DNA from: Octopus vulgaris
Taxonomy: Eukaryota
Reading direction: 5' to 3'
Assembly: GCA_951406725.2 (NCBI GenBank)
Contig: OX597830.1
Span: 35,154,001-35,218,000 of the forward strand
Length of the DNA stretch: 64,000 nt
Part shown: positions 1 to 13,280 of the stretch, piece by piece
Position numbering within the stretch: the first letter of the stretch is position 1
How the letters are laid out: each line of letters opens with the position of its first letter
Made by a program: the position numbers and the translations under genes
Notes under the pieces: generated by a model
Databases searched by the model: none
Told to the model about the DNA's origin: nothing
What the model saw: the letters and a program-made list of their open reading frames with translations, nothing else

Positions 1-419
1 CTTTGTCTGTCTATATTATGCATTTGTCTGTTCTTCAATATTTCTTGTAGCATATATGTAATTTTGCTTGATTCCATTTTTTTTCTGTGAAAAAAAAGGC
101 TTCCAGTAATCTCGATCGTTCTCCATTTTAAGAGAATTAAACAGTTTCACCAATAACTCTTCTCGTTGTTCAGCATAACCGCTATAGAGTGAGAGAGATG
201 TAGTGAGAGAAAGAGAGATAGAGAAAGAAAGATAAAGCTTTACCGGTAGTGAGTATTTTATATATTGCCCCTGACCGAATGAAAAATAAGATATACTTCA
301 GCGGGCTTTCAAGTGTACAGAGTCAGATCAAATGGCCATGAGGAAATTCCACTCCAATTCCCAACGACTCTACCAAATTTCCGCTTGTGCTGTCGATGTT
401 TTAATATAAAGGTCTCGAA

Positions 420-790
420 TGGCGGAAACGTTACCACACTGGTATTTCGTCTGCCACTACGTTCTGAGCTCAAATTCCGCCGAGGTCGACTTTGATTTTC
501 ATCTTTTCGGAGTCGATTAAATAAGTACCAGTTTATGCACTGGGATTGACATAATCGACTTAATCCGTTTGTCTGTCCTTGTTTGTCCTCTCTGTGTTTA
601 GCCCCTTGTGGGTAGTGAAGAAATAGGTATTTCGTCTGCCGTTACGTTCTGACTTCAAATTCCGCCGAAGTCGACTTTGCCTCTCATTCTTTTGGGGTCG
701 ATAAATTAAATACCAGTTGCTTGCTCGGATCGATCAAATCGAATATCCCCCTCCCCCAAAATTTCGGGCCTTGTGCCTAGAGTAGAAAGG
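420..790 (+). mobile_element. SINE family B, head-to-tail dimer (tail-1 unit then tail-2 unit)
   Basis: GGTATTTCGTCTGCC starts units at 441 and 626 (185-nt period). B-box-like GAGCTCAAATTCC / ACTTCAAATTCC. Same body occurs at 1591, 9946, 50067 and 51979. Confidence 0.85.
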
Positions 791-1489
791 AAGGTGTCAG
801 TTTGTATACTGCGTTGAAATCCAAGTTGTGCAGAGGAGAATATAAATGGTATAATGATTTCTTTTACATTTCCTATCGTATATCGTGCAGTTGCTATATC
901 TGCGCATAATAACGTAATAGAGAGCAATTTGCCTAACACATGTTTGGACATGACACCGATTAACGGAGCCATACTTTCGGTAATTTTATCACTGTCCTTA
1001 TTATGTTATCCCTGATGATTATTAACTAATGAATAATCGATAATTAATTTATCCTAGACATCTAAATAATTTATAATTTATAGCATTCCAATTAAGATAA
1101 TCACTTATCAAAAACAAGCAAATTAACGATTGATTATAAAATGGAAATAAACAAAAACGGAGACTAATTCTCGAGGCCAAAAATAACGCATGAAAATTAC
1201 TTAAAAACAATCATAAAAAGTAACATAACGCTAATAACAATAACAACAGCAACAGCAACAACAGCATACTGCTTATTATTAGTATAAACTAACAACCTGT
1301 ATTTCCCTTAGCACAGGTAAATCATTTTACTCAGGTTTTCGTTAATTAAATTAGTGTGTCATTCGAATGGTAACATGTGTGCGATGACATTAACGCTTGT
1401 TGATGAGGAAGAGAGAACAGTTTTCATCCATAACTCAAACTTTTAATGAATACAATTGGATGTAGAGTAAGGGAAGGGAGGACAACGCG

Positions 1490-2720
1490 ATGGCATGGGT
1501 GGTGATGGTTGTGATGGTATTGATGGTAGTGGTGTAGATAGTGGTGGTGTCGATGGTGGTGGTAGTAGTCGTGGTGGTGTCGATTATATCGCACGCCGGG
1601 CGAAATGCGTAGCCGTATTTCGTCTGCTGTTACGTTCTGAGTTCAAATTCCGCCGAGGTTGACTTTGCCTTTCATCCTTTCGGGGTCGATTAAATAAGTA
1701 CCAGTTACGCACTGGGGTCGATATAATCGACTTAATCCGTTTGTCCTTGTTTGTCCTCTCTGTGTTTAGCCCCTTGTGGGTAGTAAAGAAATAGGTAGTA
1801 GTCGTGGTGGTGGTGTCGATGGTGTTGGTGCTGAAGGTGGTGGTAATGGTGTTGATGGTGGTGGGGGTGTCGATGGTGGTGGTGGTGGTGGTGGTATTGA
1901 TGGTGGTGGTGGTGTCGATGGTGTTGGTGCTGAAGGTGGTGGTGATGGTGTTGATGGTGGTGGGGGTGTCGATGGTGTTGGTGTCGATTGTGGTGTTGGT
2001 GTCGATTGTGGTGTTGGTGGTGATGTCGATGGTGGTGTCGACGATGGTAGTGGTGTCGATGGTGGTAGTGGTGGTGTCGATGGTGTTTGGTGGTGGTGTC
2101 GATGGTGTTGGTGTTAATGGCTGTTGTGGTGGTGGTGGTGTTAGTAATGGTGGTGTCGATGGTGTTGGTTTCGATGGTGGTGGTGATATTGTTGGTGGTG
2201 GTGGTATCGATGGTGGTGGTGTCGATGGTGGCGGTGTCGATAGTGGTGGTGGTGGTGGTGTCGATGGTGGTAGTGGTGGTGGTGGAGGAGGAGGAAATGA
2301 TGTAGTTGGTAAGATTGTAATGGTGGTTAGTGTTGATAGTAGTGCTTTGGTGGCGTTGGTCGTGGTGCTGATGGTGTGCTTTGCTTGTAGTGAGAGTGAT
2401 GGTATCGATGGTGGTAGTGGTGGCAGTGGAGGTGGTGTTGATGACAATGGCTTTAATGGTAGTCGAGGTGGTGGTGGTCGTTGTCGTGCTGGTGATGGTG
2501 TTGGCTGTTGTTGTTGGTGGTGGTGGTGGTGTGGTGGTGGTGGTTGTTTCGTGGTAGTGGGCGCCGTGGTGGAAATGATAAGGCTATTTTGTAGTGGTGA
2601 TGGTTGAGATGCTGGTGATGGTGGTGGTGGTGATGGTGCTGCTGCTGCTGCTACTGCCGCTGCTACAGCTGCTGCTGCTGGCATCGACAGTGGCAGTCAT
2701 GCTTTGGATGTAGCGATGAT
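1490..2720. repeat. Cryptically simple (GGT/GTCGAT)-rich trinucleotide region interrupted by a SINE B copy
   Basis: Degenerate GGT, GAT and GCT triplets; ~70-nt internal duplication at about 1808 and 1908. Confidence 0.9.
1591..1793 (+). mobile_element. SINE family B (tail-1), 5'-truncated, with TSD
   Basis: Matches the 9946 copy; flanked by GGTAGTAGTCGTGGTGGTG at 1561 and 1794. Confidence 0.9.
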
Positions 2721-2764
2721 GGTAGAGTAAGAGATTATATATCTGCATCACAATATATATGTGA

Positions 2765-3860
2765 CAACGTCCATCTTAGACCTCGGACTAAAAGGGACGA
2801 TCAAGTATGGCTGCTATTTCTAATAAAGGGCCGACAAACTTTAGTGTCCACCTCAAACTTCTAGAAGATAATCACATTACCCGATCATCCTATTTAACCC
2901 ATGTCGATGATTGGTGTAGACAAGAAAGGTTGTCATCTCACTTTTAGAAATAGCAGCTAAAGCTAAGCATCATATTTAGTCATGGGACGGGAAACAAGGT
3001 GAAAACTGTAAGTAGTTATCCTATTGCTAGAAATAGCTACCAAAGATAATAATCCAATGTAACCCTAAGTCGAAGATCAACGTGGACAACGAAGGTGCCC
3101 ACAACTCTTTCTAGAAATAGCAACGAAACATGATCATCATATTCAGCCCTAGGTTGAAGATTGAGTTGGACAAGGAGGGTGTTCATCCACACCTTAGAAA
3201 TAGCAGCCAAAGCATTATTATATTTAGCCCTAACTCCAACATTGAGGTAAACACCGGAGAAGTTCGTCCCACTGGTAGAAATAGCAGCAAAATCGAATCT
3301 CACGTAGTACTAAGTTGAAGGTCGTAATGAAGAATGAAGGTCATACGGACGCTGAAAATAGCAGCCTTACCTGATTGTCCAGTCCAAATCAGCCCTCGTT
3401 TGAAAATTGAGGTGGACAATGTATGTGGTTTTCCCCGCGCAAAAAGATAACAGCTAAAACTGATCAACATATTTAGCCTTTGGTCGAAGATCGGTTGGGA
3501 AATTGAGCGTGGTTATCCCACTCCTAGAAATAGCAGCCAAACTTGATAATCATAGGTTGAAGAACAATGAGCATTCGAAGGTTAAAATTCCACTACTAGA
3601 AATAGCAACCATACAGGATCATCCTATTTAGCTCTAAGTTGAAAGCTGAGGTGGACAATGAAGATGGCCATCCTACTACTAGAAATAACAACCATGACAG
3701 ATCATCATATTTATCCTTAGGTGAAAGGGCACTTAAGAAAGTGAAGGTAGTCACGCCTCTGCTAGATATAATAGCCAAAATGGATCAAACTATATAGCCC
3801 AAGACCGAAAATGGTCAACCAAGTCCTAGAAGAAGCAGTCGAAGATGAACGCGGACTAAG
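2765..3860. repeat. Diverged ~83-bp tandem array (about 13 units) preceded by an inverted unit
   Basis: TAGAAATAGCAGC-like anchors at 2862, 2945, 3028, 3112, 3195, 3276, 3354, 3443, 3525, 3597, 3680, 3763 and 3827; reverse-complement anchor GCTGCTATTTCTA at 2810. Confidence 0.85.
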
Positions 3861-4295
3861 AAGGAAATCAATCTGTTATAAGAAAATTCTGTTGTATGGC
3901 CCTTGATATACATACCATTGGCGACTCGGGTACTTTTTTTTTTACCTTACGTTTGTATAGATTATACTATAACTTCCTCTACTCTTTTCTTCGGAGTTTA
4001 ATTTTCCTAGGCCAATTGAGATAAGATCTGGTACTTGTAGTATTGATAGCAACCATTGAGGTGTAAACATGTGTCCGTTTCTGTACTCACACCTCCAGAC
4101 AATAAGCCTATCTTTTTTTTTTTGACAAGTACGTCAGCTTTGAAGGAGTCTTCATTTTTGAGATCGTCGCGTCTCCTCAAATGGAGTCAGTCTTGGTTGC
4201 AATCTGTTAAGTATGACACAACCTCTACAAGTGGAGTCAATTCTAATAAATCAAGAATTTATGAAGTATAGTATTTGATATGCCTATATTTTCCC

Positions 4296-4514
<219 letters not shown>

Positions 4515-4685
4515 AAGCTAAAGATTTGCGCCATTTCTCATTTTTCTCTTTTAATTATTCATGGAACCTAATGAGAGAAAATTTTCCCTATATTTGTCTA
4601 AATATACACGTAAACACGGTATGGTATATATTAGTATGTACATATTCCGTATGTATATATGTATAGATGCACGTATGCTTAAGTA

Positions 4686-4757
<72 letters not shown>

Positions 4758-5300
4758 TGCTTGTATGTCTGTGTATATAGATATGTATATTTAATAATAC
4801 ATATGTGCGTGGTTGTCAGTGTGTTTATGCGTGCTTCTATGCGTGTGGTGTATATAAATATACGCGCGTGTGTTTGTGTGTGTATGAGTGCTGGCGCAAT
4901 TATAATTATCCTAGTGCTATTCATGAATGTAAGATGACCTTACCATAATTTCCCAATCATACTAATGTTTAGCGACAATCCAGAGATTTGGATTTTGATT
5001 AATATCCTTTTGAGAAGAAGGCTTCAAATTATCTACTAATTGAGGAAATCAGCTCATTACCGTGCTATTGTTGTTTAGGTTGGCGTCGTTCATGCTGCTC
5101 TTCTAACTAATGGTGTTTTTCTTCTTCTCCTTGATGTTTCGTATTTGAAAACACATATGATTGTCTCTCACACAGACAGGCTTTCTTTCTCGCACTCTCC
5201 CTTTCTCACTCCCTCTTAATCTCTCACTAACTCTTTTTTCTTCTCTTTTACTCTCTCTCTCTCTCTCATTCCTTCTTCTAGTTTTACTTCTATGTGTTTC

Positions 5301-5334
<34 letters not shown>

Positions 5335-5678
5335 GCTCCCTCGCTCTCTCTCCTTTTCTGTCAGTTTTCTTTTCTCTGCATCTCATGTCCTTCTATCTCT
5401 ATTTCACTCCTTATGACTGTTACTCTTAATACCTTTATACGTATATTAAAAAAAACTCATACACAAGCACTCGGAGTACTACACAAACACGCACGCACTC
5501 ACACACACGCACGCACGCACACACACACATACATATACAGACACACAAACACACACGCGCTTGTGTATGTGTTTGATGCAGTGAGTGTGTACACATGTGG
5601 TCCTAGAAGAAAACAGGCCAAATGATAAAAATCATCAGCTTTCTGTCTATCTCTTTATCTGTTTTTCTCTCTTCCTAT

Positions 5679-5736
<58 letters not shown>

Positions 5737-5811
5737 TGACATTGAAGGAGAGAGAAAGAGATGGAGAGAGAGTTATATATACGTATATATGTATGCATGA
5801 CTATATCTATC

Positions 5812-5876
<65 letters not shown>

Positions 5877-6620
5877 ATACATATATATATGCGTATGTAT
5901 GTATATATATATTTATACACATACATACGTGTATCTAGATATCTCACTATTTATCTACTTATCTCTCTTGTTTATATATCTAAATGTTTCTTTATATTTG
6001 TATATGTTTACATATATATATGTATATACGCATGTGCGCTCACACACATATAAATTTATATATTATATCTTTGTATAATGTACCACTGGTGAATGCCTTA
6101 TGTGTGACAACGTGTATACGTTTATCTAAAGACATTACATGAATAATTGATATTAATTACATTCAAACGGGCTTCGAACTGACCTATATGAAAGAATACT
6201 CCTTTCCATAAGAGAGGAAGATGTTTGATTGATTGCTAGCAATAGTGGTGGAGAGATCGTTAGAGAGGATTTTGCAGAAGAAAAAAAAAACTTATGGCAT
6301 CAAGTTACAGTGTGAGAGCGTGTGAATTTGTGGTTAAGGATTACTGTTTAGCGTATCAGAGTTATGAACATCAGATTCCATTTCTAATCTTGATAGCACG
6401 ATTACTCTTTGCGTGAGGCACTTCGTTTCACATTTTTTTCTGTTTTCCGAAGTAGAATTAGTACTAATCAAGAATTGCTGAACCTTTTCTCTCTACAAGG
6501 AGAGAAATGCCGAAAGTATTTTAAAGTCTGCTTGATAACAATTGATTCTCGGTTGCAAATGACGGCTGTAGTTAGTTTTTTATTTTAATTTTATTTTCCG
6601 TGAGACTCACATCCTTCGCC

Positions 6621-6732
6621 GGCGCGTAGCTTAGTGGCTAAGATGTTGGCATTATGATCTTAAGATTGTGGTTCGATCCCTGGATCGGGTATGCTTTTAA
6701 ACAAAACACTTCCTTTGATGTTACTCCAGTTC
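6621..6732 (+). mobile_element. SINE family C 5' fragment (tRNA-like head)
   Basis: A-box TAGCTTAGTGG and B-box GGTTCGATCCC; matches the 16831 copy. Confidence 0.7.
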
Positions 6733-7566
6733 AAGAAGGTGACAACTATGAGTAATTCTGAAACGTACTATCTGGAGTATTTTGTGACACATGTTGCTAT
6801 CCGAAACGTTAAAACTCTTTCCTTTCCTTACAAAAGCTAATTCATTCAACTTTATGTTTGTGTGATCGTGAAAATTATAACTAGGAATATAAGCGATAGC
6901 CATCCACTCCAATGAATCTGGCACAAAATTTTATTCCTTCATTCTTTTTTTTTTTGTCAGTCATTGGACTTCTGTCATACTGGAGCAATGCATAGAAGAA
7001 TATTGCAGAAAATATTACAAGAAGATAAAATACTCTCGACAACAAACTGAAATGAAGCTTTTAGAGTTAACAACTCGAAACTACGTTAAGAGTTTCACTT
7101 CACAGAGAGTTACAAATTTACATTACGGACAACACAATGTAGTTATATTTATTCGACTTTAGAAAGGTTTAAACGCATTATTTGCTGTCTCAGACCATCA
7201 CTAATTTCTTCAGATCCTATTGTCTAGCTGACAAAAGTCAATGTTGAGTTAAAACCGTAATGTATTGACATAGGCACTGAAGATTCTAAAATAGTGTTTA
7301 TCTGTAAAAAAAAACAATTTTCCCCGCAAGCTAACGATATGAAAATAAATCATCACCTCCGATCGATGTTTTTGAACATAGAATGTGCCACGTATACGGA
7401 AACATTTGAATGTTGAATAATTCTGTCTTCCTACCGTGATTCCGTCTGGTTCTCTTAATATATATGATTCTACAGTATCCATATTATTTGCTGAAACTGA
7501 ATTTTGGTCAACGATATTTGAATATTAATATCCATGAGTTGTGGGTGAGTTGTGTGAACAAATACG

Positions 7567-7617
<51 letters not shown>

Positions 7618-9150
7618 CATATACACACACATACAGAGATCTGTCAGTATGCATTACACACACACACACACATTGATTTTTTTTTGTTATGGTGAATTTT
7701 CTTCTTGCAGATGTTATTTCTAATATAGGCACAAATACTGAAATTTGATTTAGGAGTTGACTCGGTTAAATTCAGTGCTGTATTCGCTACTGTATTGTCA
7801 TACACATAGGAAAAGCAAATTTCACTCCGCCGAATTTGAAACCAGATCTTAAGAAGTCGGAAGAAATAGGTCAAGTCATTTTGGTCGACGCTCCAGCGAC
7901 TCTGTAAATTCACTGAATTAATTATATTGTTATTAATTTTGTAGTTATTCTTGTTGTGGACATTTAATTGAAGCACAAGTAAGTCAATATTTCAGAGAAC
8001 CCAGATTTTCCCGGTAGATTTAACCTCCTCATAAAGACAATATATCGTCATATATGTGTGTGTGTGTGTGTAGTTCTTTATCCGTATGTCTGTTCTACGA
8101 ATGCATGTATGTATTTATTCATGAATCTGTATGCCAAATTTTTTATCCACATTCGTTTATATTGTACATAATTGAAACAATTGTATTTTTATCGCGTTTT
8201 AAATGTCTCTATTCTTTTGCTTCTTTCTTTTTTGTTTTCCTCGCCCTGGCGTCAAATAAATTTACACCTTCATCCTCATCATTATCTCCGTTGTCAGCAC
8301 CAGCAGCAGTATTAAATCCATAATCATGAAGGTTGTTCTTATTAACAGCAATTCGTGTTCGGTTCTTGTTACTGACGTTGTCATCGTTGTTGCAGCTATA
8401 TTTTTTCCTTTGGTATTTCTTTTTTTTTTTATTTTTTATCTTTGGTGGGGGTTAGTTTCGTGTTTTTCAGCTTCACCTTATGAAAGATTTTATTTATTCT
8501 TTTTTTGTGTGATATTAGTGGGTGGGAAAGTAGCCTGTAAGTAGAATGCAACAATCACGTTTACCATCATCAAGGGGATTTTATATAATTCAATATATGT
8601 TTTGTGACCTACAGGTTAAAAACGCCTCTTTTATTGATACATAAGCATTTGAAAAAATATATTAAAAACTAGAAAAAAATGTATACACAGCAATAACACC
8701 ATCTCTAACTCTAATGGCAGTTCATTGAACCCATGGGACAGGCATATTCAATTTAGGCACTCTATTATTTTCCCAGAAAATATAAAAATTACTCCGATAA
8801 AAACTTCAAATTGCTATTCAAATAAATCCTATATGAATATTCTTAGGAGGGCTCCCTTAATTTTTTTCTTTTAATATTCTTAGCAATTTTTTATGAATTT
8901 CCGATCACATTCTTTTCGTTCTAAATTTCCCTCACCGATCGTTATTTTGCTTTTGTTTATAGTTATTTTGTTTTTTTATATATATATTTTCCTTATTTTG
9001 TTACCGTAAAACATTATTGTCTTAGCACTTTGTGACATTGTAACATTGTACTGACTTTTACTAATAAGATTGTCGCTATTGTACATGTTAATATATATAT
9101 GTTGAAATACATGTATAAGTTTATGTGTGTTAACATATATATATATATAT

Positions 9151-9191
<41 letters not shown>

Positions 9192-9945
9192 CATAAAACG
9201 TTGTCCCTCCCGTATGACTACACAGAAAATTTATTGTTTATAACTTGACCTTAATATTCATATATTTCCTTATTTACTTGCCTGTTTTTAATCACTCACC
9301 AATCTCCTGATGGATTTGGTCTTCCGATAGAATCAAACACTTAAAATTGTCAAACATTTTGCAAAATATTGCCGTAGGATTATATCTTACCGTCGCAATA
9401 TTTTTTTTCTTTTTTACTATCCTCAAATCTTCTCCATCTTTACCATCATAGTATTACTATCTGTATTAACGAAGGTTTATAAAGATATCAAGATAAGCCT
9501 TACTTTCAACAAGAAATGTGTTCATCTTCGATAAAATACAAACAAGTTTTCAAGATTTTATAAGTATCTAGACTAAGAAAGTGTCCAAGGTTAATGAGAA
9601 TATTAAAGATTATGAAATGTTCGTAACACTTCAAAACTAGCTAAGGAATGAAGTGTGAGACTTCTTTTACAGCACCTACAGTTCTTTATTCCCACCCTTA
9701 TAAATTATCTTTCAATACCTTTACAGAAATCCTCCAGTATTCACTTCCAAAAGGAACGATAGCTAAATTTTGTAATTCAAAATTCCGTCCAGTGTAATAT
9801 TTTTAGCTTTTCCGTTCGTGCTTGTAAAAAAATAAGTTAATTTAGAAGTGCAATGTCACTGATTAGTATGCTATTGATAATTTTGTTGTGGGGAATTTGT
9901 TTCAAGTTATCTGTCATCTGGTAATCGGTATATAAAATAAAGTAG

Positions 9946-10176
9946 GGCGGAGGGCTGGCAAAATCGTTAGCACGCCGGGCGAAATGATTAGCGGTATTTC
10001 GTCTGCCGTTATGTTCTGAGTTCAAATTCCGCCGAGGTCGACTTTGCCTTTCATCCTTTCGGGGTCGATTAAATAAGTACCAGTTACGCACTGGGGTCAA
10101 TATAATCAACTTAATCCGTTTGTCTGTCCTTGTTTGTCCTCTCTGTGTTTAGCCCCTTGTGGGTAGTAAAGAAACA
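9946..10176 (+). mobile_element. SINE family B full-length (tail-1) with 17-bp TSD
   Basis: A-box-like TGGCAAAATCG and B-box GAGTTCAAATTCC. TSD GGTATATAAAATAAAGT (9927-9943) / GGTATATATAATAAAGT (10177-10193). Confidence 0.92.
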
Positions 10177-10446
10177 GGTATATATAATAAAGTTTCATAG
10201 TATTTTCAGAGTCATTTTTTTAAGACACATGGAAAATTCAGGTGAGAACCGCAGGGACTTTTCCTGAAACAGTCGAACTTTAGTGGCTAGGAGTAAGTAG
10301 CTCAGCTCTGGTACATTGCGTGCACATATTATTTTGGTAGAGCTAGTGTGGGATATCCTGATACAGGTGATGAATACTCTCAAGTTATACTCCACAGAAT
10401 CGACTTTTATCATCAGTCTTAATAAGGAATGTGAATATTGAATATA

Positions 10447-10611
10447 GGCGTAGGAGTGGTTGTGTGGTAAATAGCTTGCTTACCAACCACATGGTTCCGG
10501 GTTCATTCCCACTGCATGGCATCTTGGGCAAGTGTCTTCTACTATAGCCTCGAGCCGACCAAAGCCTTGTGAGTGTATTTAGTAGAGAGAAACTGAAAGA
10601 AGCCCGTCGTA

Positions 10612-10694
<83 letters not shown>

Positions 10695-10950
10695 GTGTAT
10701 GTGTGTGTGTGTGTGTGTGTGTGCTCGTGAATGTGTATATTTTTGTGTGTCTGTTTGTCCCCGTAACATCGCTTGACAACCGATGGTGGTGTGTTTACGT
10801 CCCCGTAACTTAGCGCTTCGGCAAAAGAGGCCAATAGAATAAGTACTTGGCTTCCAAAGAATAAGTCCAGGGGTCAATTTGCTCCACTAAAGGCGGTGCT
10901 TCAGCATGACCGCAGTCAAAATGACTGAAACAAGTAAAAGGGATAAAGAG
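10447..10950 (+). mobile_element. SINE family A full-length (tRNA head, CORE-like CTTGGGCAAGT, internal (TA)n(TG)n, AAAGAG-type tail)
   Basis: A-box TGGTTGTGTGG and B-box GGTTCATTCCC; at least 14 homologous copies in the window. Resembles described octopus tRNA-SINEs (OK/OR type); exact name not assigned. Confidence 0.92.
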
Positions 10951-10954
10951 AAAG

Positions 10955-11280
10955 AGAATTGCTTTCCAAATACCTAGCAGTCACTGCCTCACCAATATCG
11001 CGAATGATGTTTACCTCTGCTGCAACGCTCAGGCCAAATCTTTTCATCCGGGTCATGAAATTGAGAAACCACTGTAATATCTGATGTGTAAACGAATCAA
11101 CGAATGAGCTTCTGATTCGTCTTTTCATATACAAGAAATAGCTTTTTGTATTATGTCCTTCACATCGCACTCTAACGTCTGCATATGGAAAGAGCTCAGA
11201 GAACAATGTTGATATGGATGCTCACGACCTGTGAAGACATGTGGGATGATCACATACTGGATGCATTTGATCCAGTATCT
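10955..11280 (-). pseudogene. Degenerate RTE-like LINE reverse transcriptase fragment (domains 4-7)
   Basis: Minus-strand translation gives QYVIIPHVF, SELFPYADV, LQWFLNFMTRMKRFGLSV and RYLES, resembling QGCVLAPTLF / ELLYADD / FGL / YLGS in the right order. Confidence 0.55.
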
Positions 11281-11377
11281 ATTTGCTCAGTTGAACTACA
11301 AACTAATGCAAGTATCCGAAAATATATTTAAACTACATCATTAAATTTTTCCTTAGAATTTACTTTTTTTAAACACC

Positions 11378-11590
11378 TTTTTACTTGTTTCAGTCATGTG
11401 ACTGTGGCCAGGCTGGAGCACCGCCTTTAGTCGAGAAAATCGACCCCAGGACTTATTCTTTGTAAGCCTAGTACTTATTCTATCGGTCTCTTTTGCCGAA
11501 CCGCTAGGTTACGGGAATGTAAACACACCAGAATCAGTTGTCAAGCGATGCTTGGGGGGCAAATACAGACACACAAACACATACACACAT

Positions 11591-11664
<74 letters not shown>

Positions 11665-11842
11665 ATATATATATATATACGACGGGCTTCTTTCAGTTTC
11701 CGGCTACCAAATACACTCACAAGGCTTTGGTCGGCCCGAGGCTATTGTAGAAGACACTTGCCCAAGGTGCCACGCAGTGGGACTGAACTCCGAACCATGT
11801 GGTTGGTAAGCAAACTACTTACCACACAGCCACTCCTACGCC
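11378..11842 (-). mobile_element. SINE family A full-length
   Basis: Reverse complement of the 10447 copy, including the internal microsatellite. Confidence 0.92.
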
Positions 11843-12731
11843 TATGTTTATTTATATAATTTAGTTTACCGATTTGCAGTCAGTTTGTTGTTGGACATTG
11901 AATATAATTAAGAGCGAAGAGTTGAGAAGTTAAAGCGTCACAATAGCATATCGAAACTTGGTAGTTAGAAACTGCACTTTGGGACAGTATCATGCAGCTA
12001 CTACCCAACGATATTCGACGTCAAAACAACGTTTGTAACATTGGTATTCACATAAACCCATAAAAATTCGTTATTTCTCGGCTGTGTAGACAAATACGAC
12101 ACTTTATTGCTTGCATAAAGATCGGTACGGAGTAGATTTAGGAAAATTATATATCTATAATTTTTAGTTATTTCTGTTTCTATCAGCATAGACATGCTGT
12201 TTGTCGATAGAAACAGACTATAGTAAAAAAAAAAAAAAGATATAGATATTACGGAGTGTTTTACCGCCATATTTTACTCAACTAACACAAGCAATAAAGA
12301 TAAATATAAGGTTATATGGTGATATGTATATTCCCAATACTTTTAATGTCAAATCCAAGTGTATTTGGATAATTACTAAATATAAAACATAAATCTGTTC
12401 AAGGCTCTTTAGTACTCTTTATGATGTAAAAACTGAACTGTGTATTTAGACTGGCGAAGTAGCACTAACTGGCAATTTCAGTGACATTACATTATATATT
12501 AGAAGGTAAAATGTACTTCAAAATATTTTGTGTTCTACGACACTGTTATGTCATTGAATCTATGTCCTGCTAGGAATAAGCACAGTTGTGAACATAACGA
12601 AGTATATCTAACACAAATTACTAATCAAACATACGCACGAACAAAAAGAACCTGAAAATTACATTAACACGCCGAAACCACAAACACAGTGACAGCCTCG
12701 TACACAGCAAATTAGATGCACACTTCACTAG

Positions 12732-12794
<63 letters not shown>

Positions 12795-12802
12795 GAGATA
12801 TG

Positions 12803-13074
12803 TCCTTTTGATCTTCTACTTGTTTCAGTCATTTGACTGCGACCATGATGGAGCACCGCTTTGAAAGGATATTAGTCGAACAAATCGAACCCAGAACTTA
12901 TGTTTTTTTTTAAGTTCAGTACTTATTCTATCACTCGTTTGCCGAACCGCTAATGTTACGAGAATGTCATCACGCCAACACCGGTTGTCAACTGGTGATG
13001 ATGGGAGAAACACAGACACAAGGACATATACGCATAGATACACGCGCACACACACACAGACACACACACACATA

Positions 13075-13141
<67 letters not shown>

Positions 13142-13280
13142 GACGGTGTTCTTTAAGTTTCCGCCTACCAATTCACTCGGCCCAAGACTATAGTAGAAGG
13201 CAGTTGCGCAAGCCTAAGATGCTACATAGTGGAACTGAACCCGGAACAATGTGGTTGGGAAGCAACCTTCTTACCACACT
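12803..13280 (-). mobile_element. SINE family A (more diverged)
   Basis: Same head, body and tail on the minus strand. Confidence 0.85.

Noticed and set aside
1008-1050. CTGATGA followed by a hairpin as a hammerhead
   Set aside because: No GAAA after the stem and no stem I.
1584-2684. 366-aa Pro/Thr-rich ORF (mucin or extensin-like)
   Set aside because: Translation of a degenerate GGT repeat, open in several frames and running into a SINE.
2862-3860. CRISPR-like repeat/spacer appearance
   Set aside because: The apparent spacers are homologous to each other, the context is eukaryotic and there are no cas genes; it is a tandem array.
9310-9560. Possible CR1/L2-like RT relic (IVLLSVLTKVYKDI...QTSF)
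   Set aside because: Only one short degenerate motif; not supportable without a profile search.
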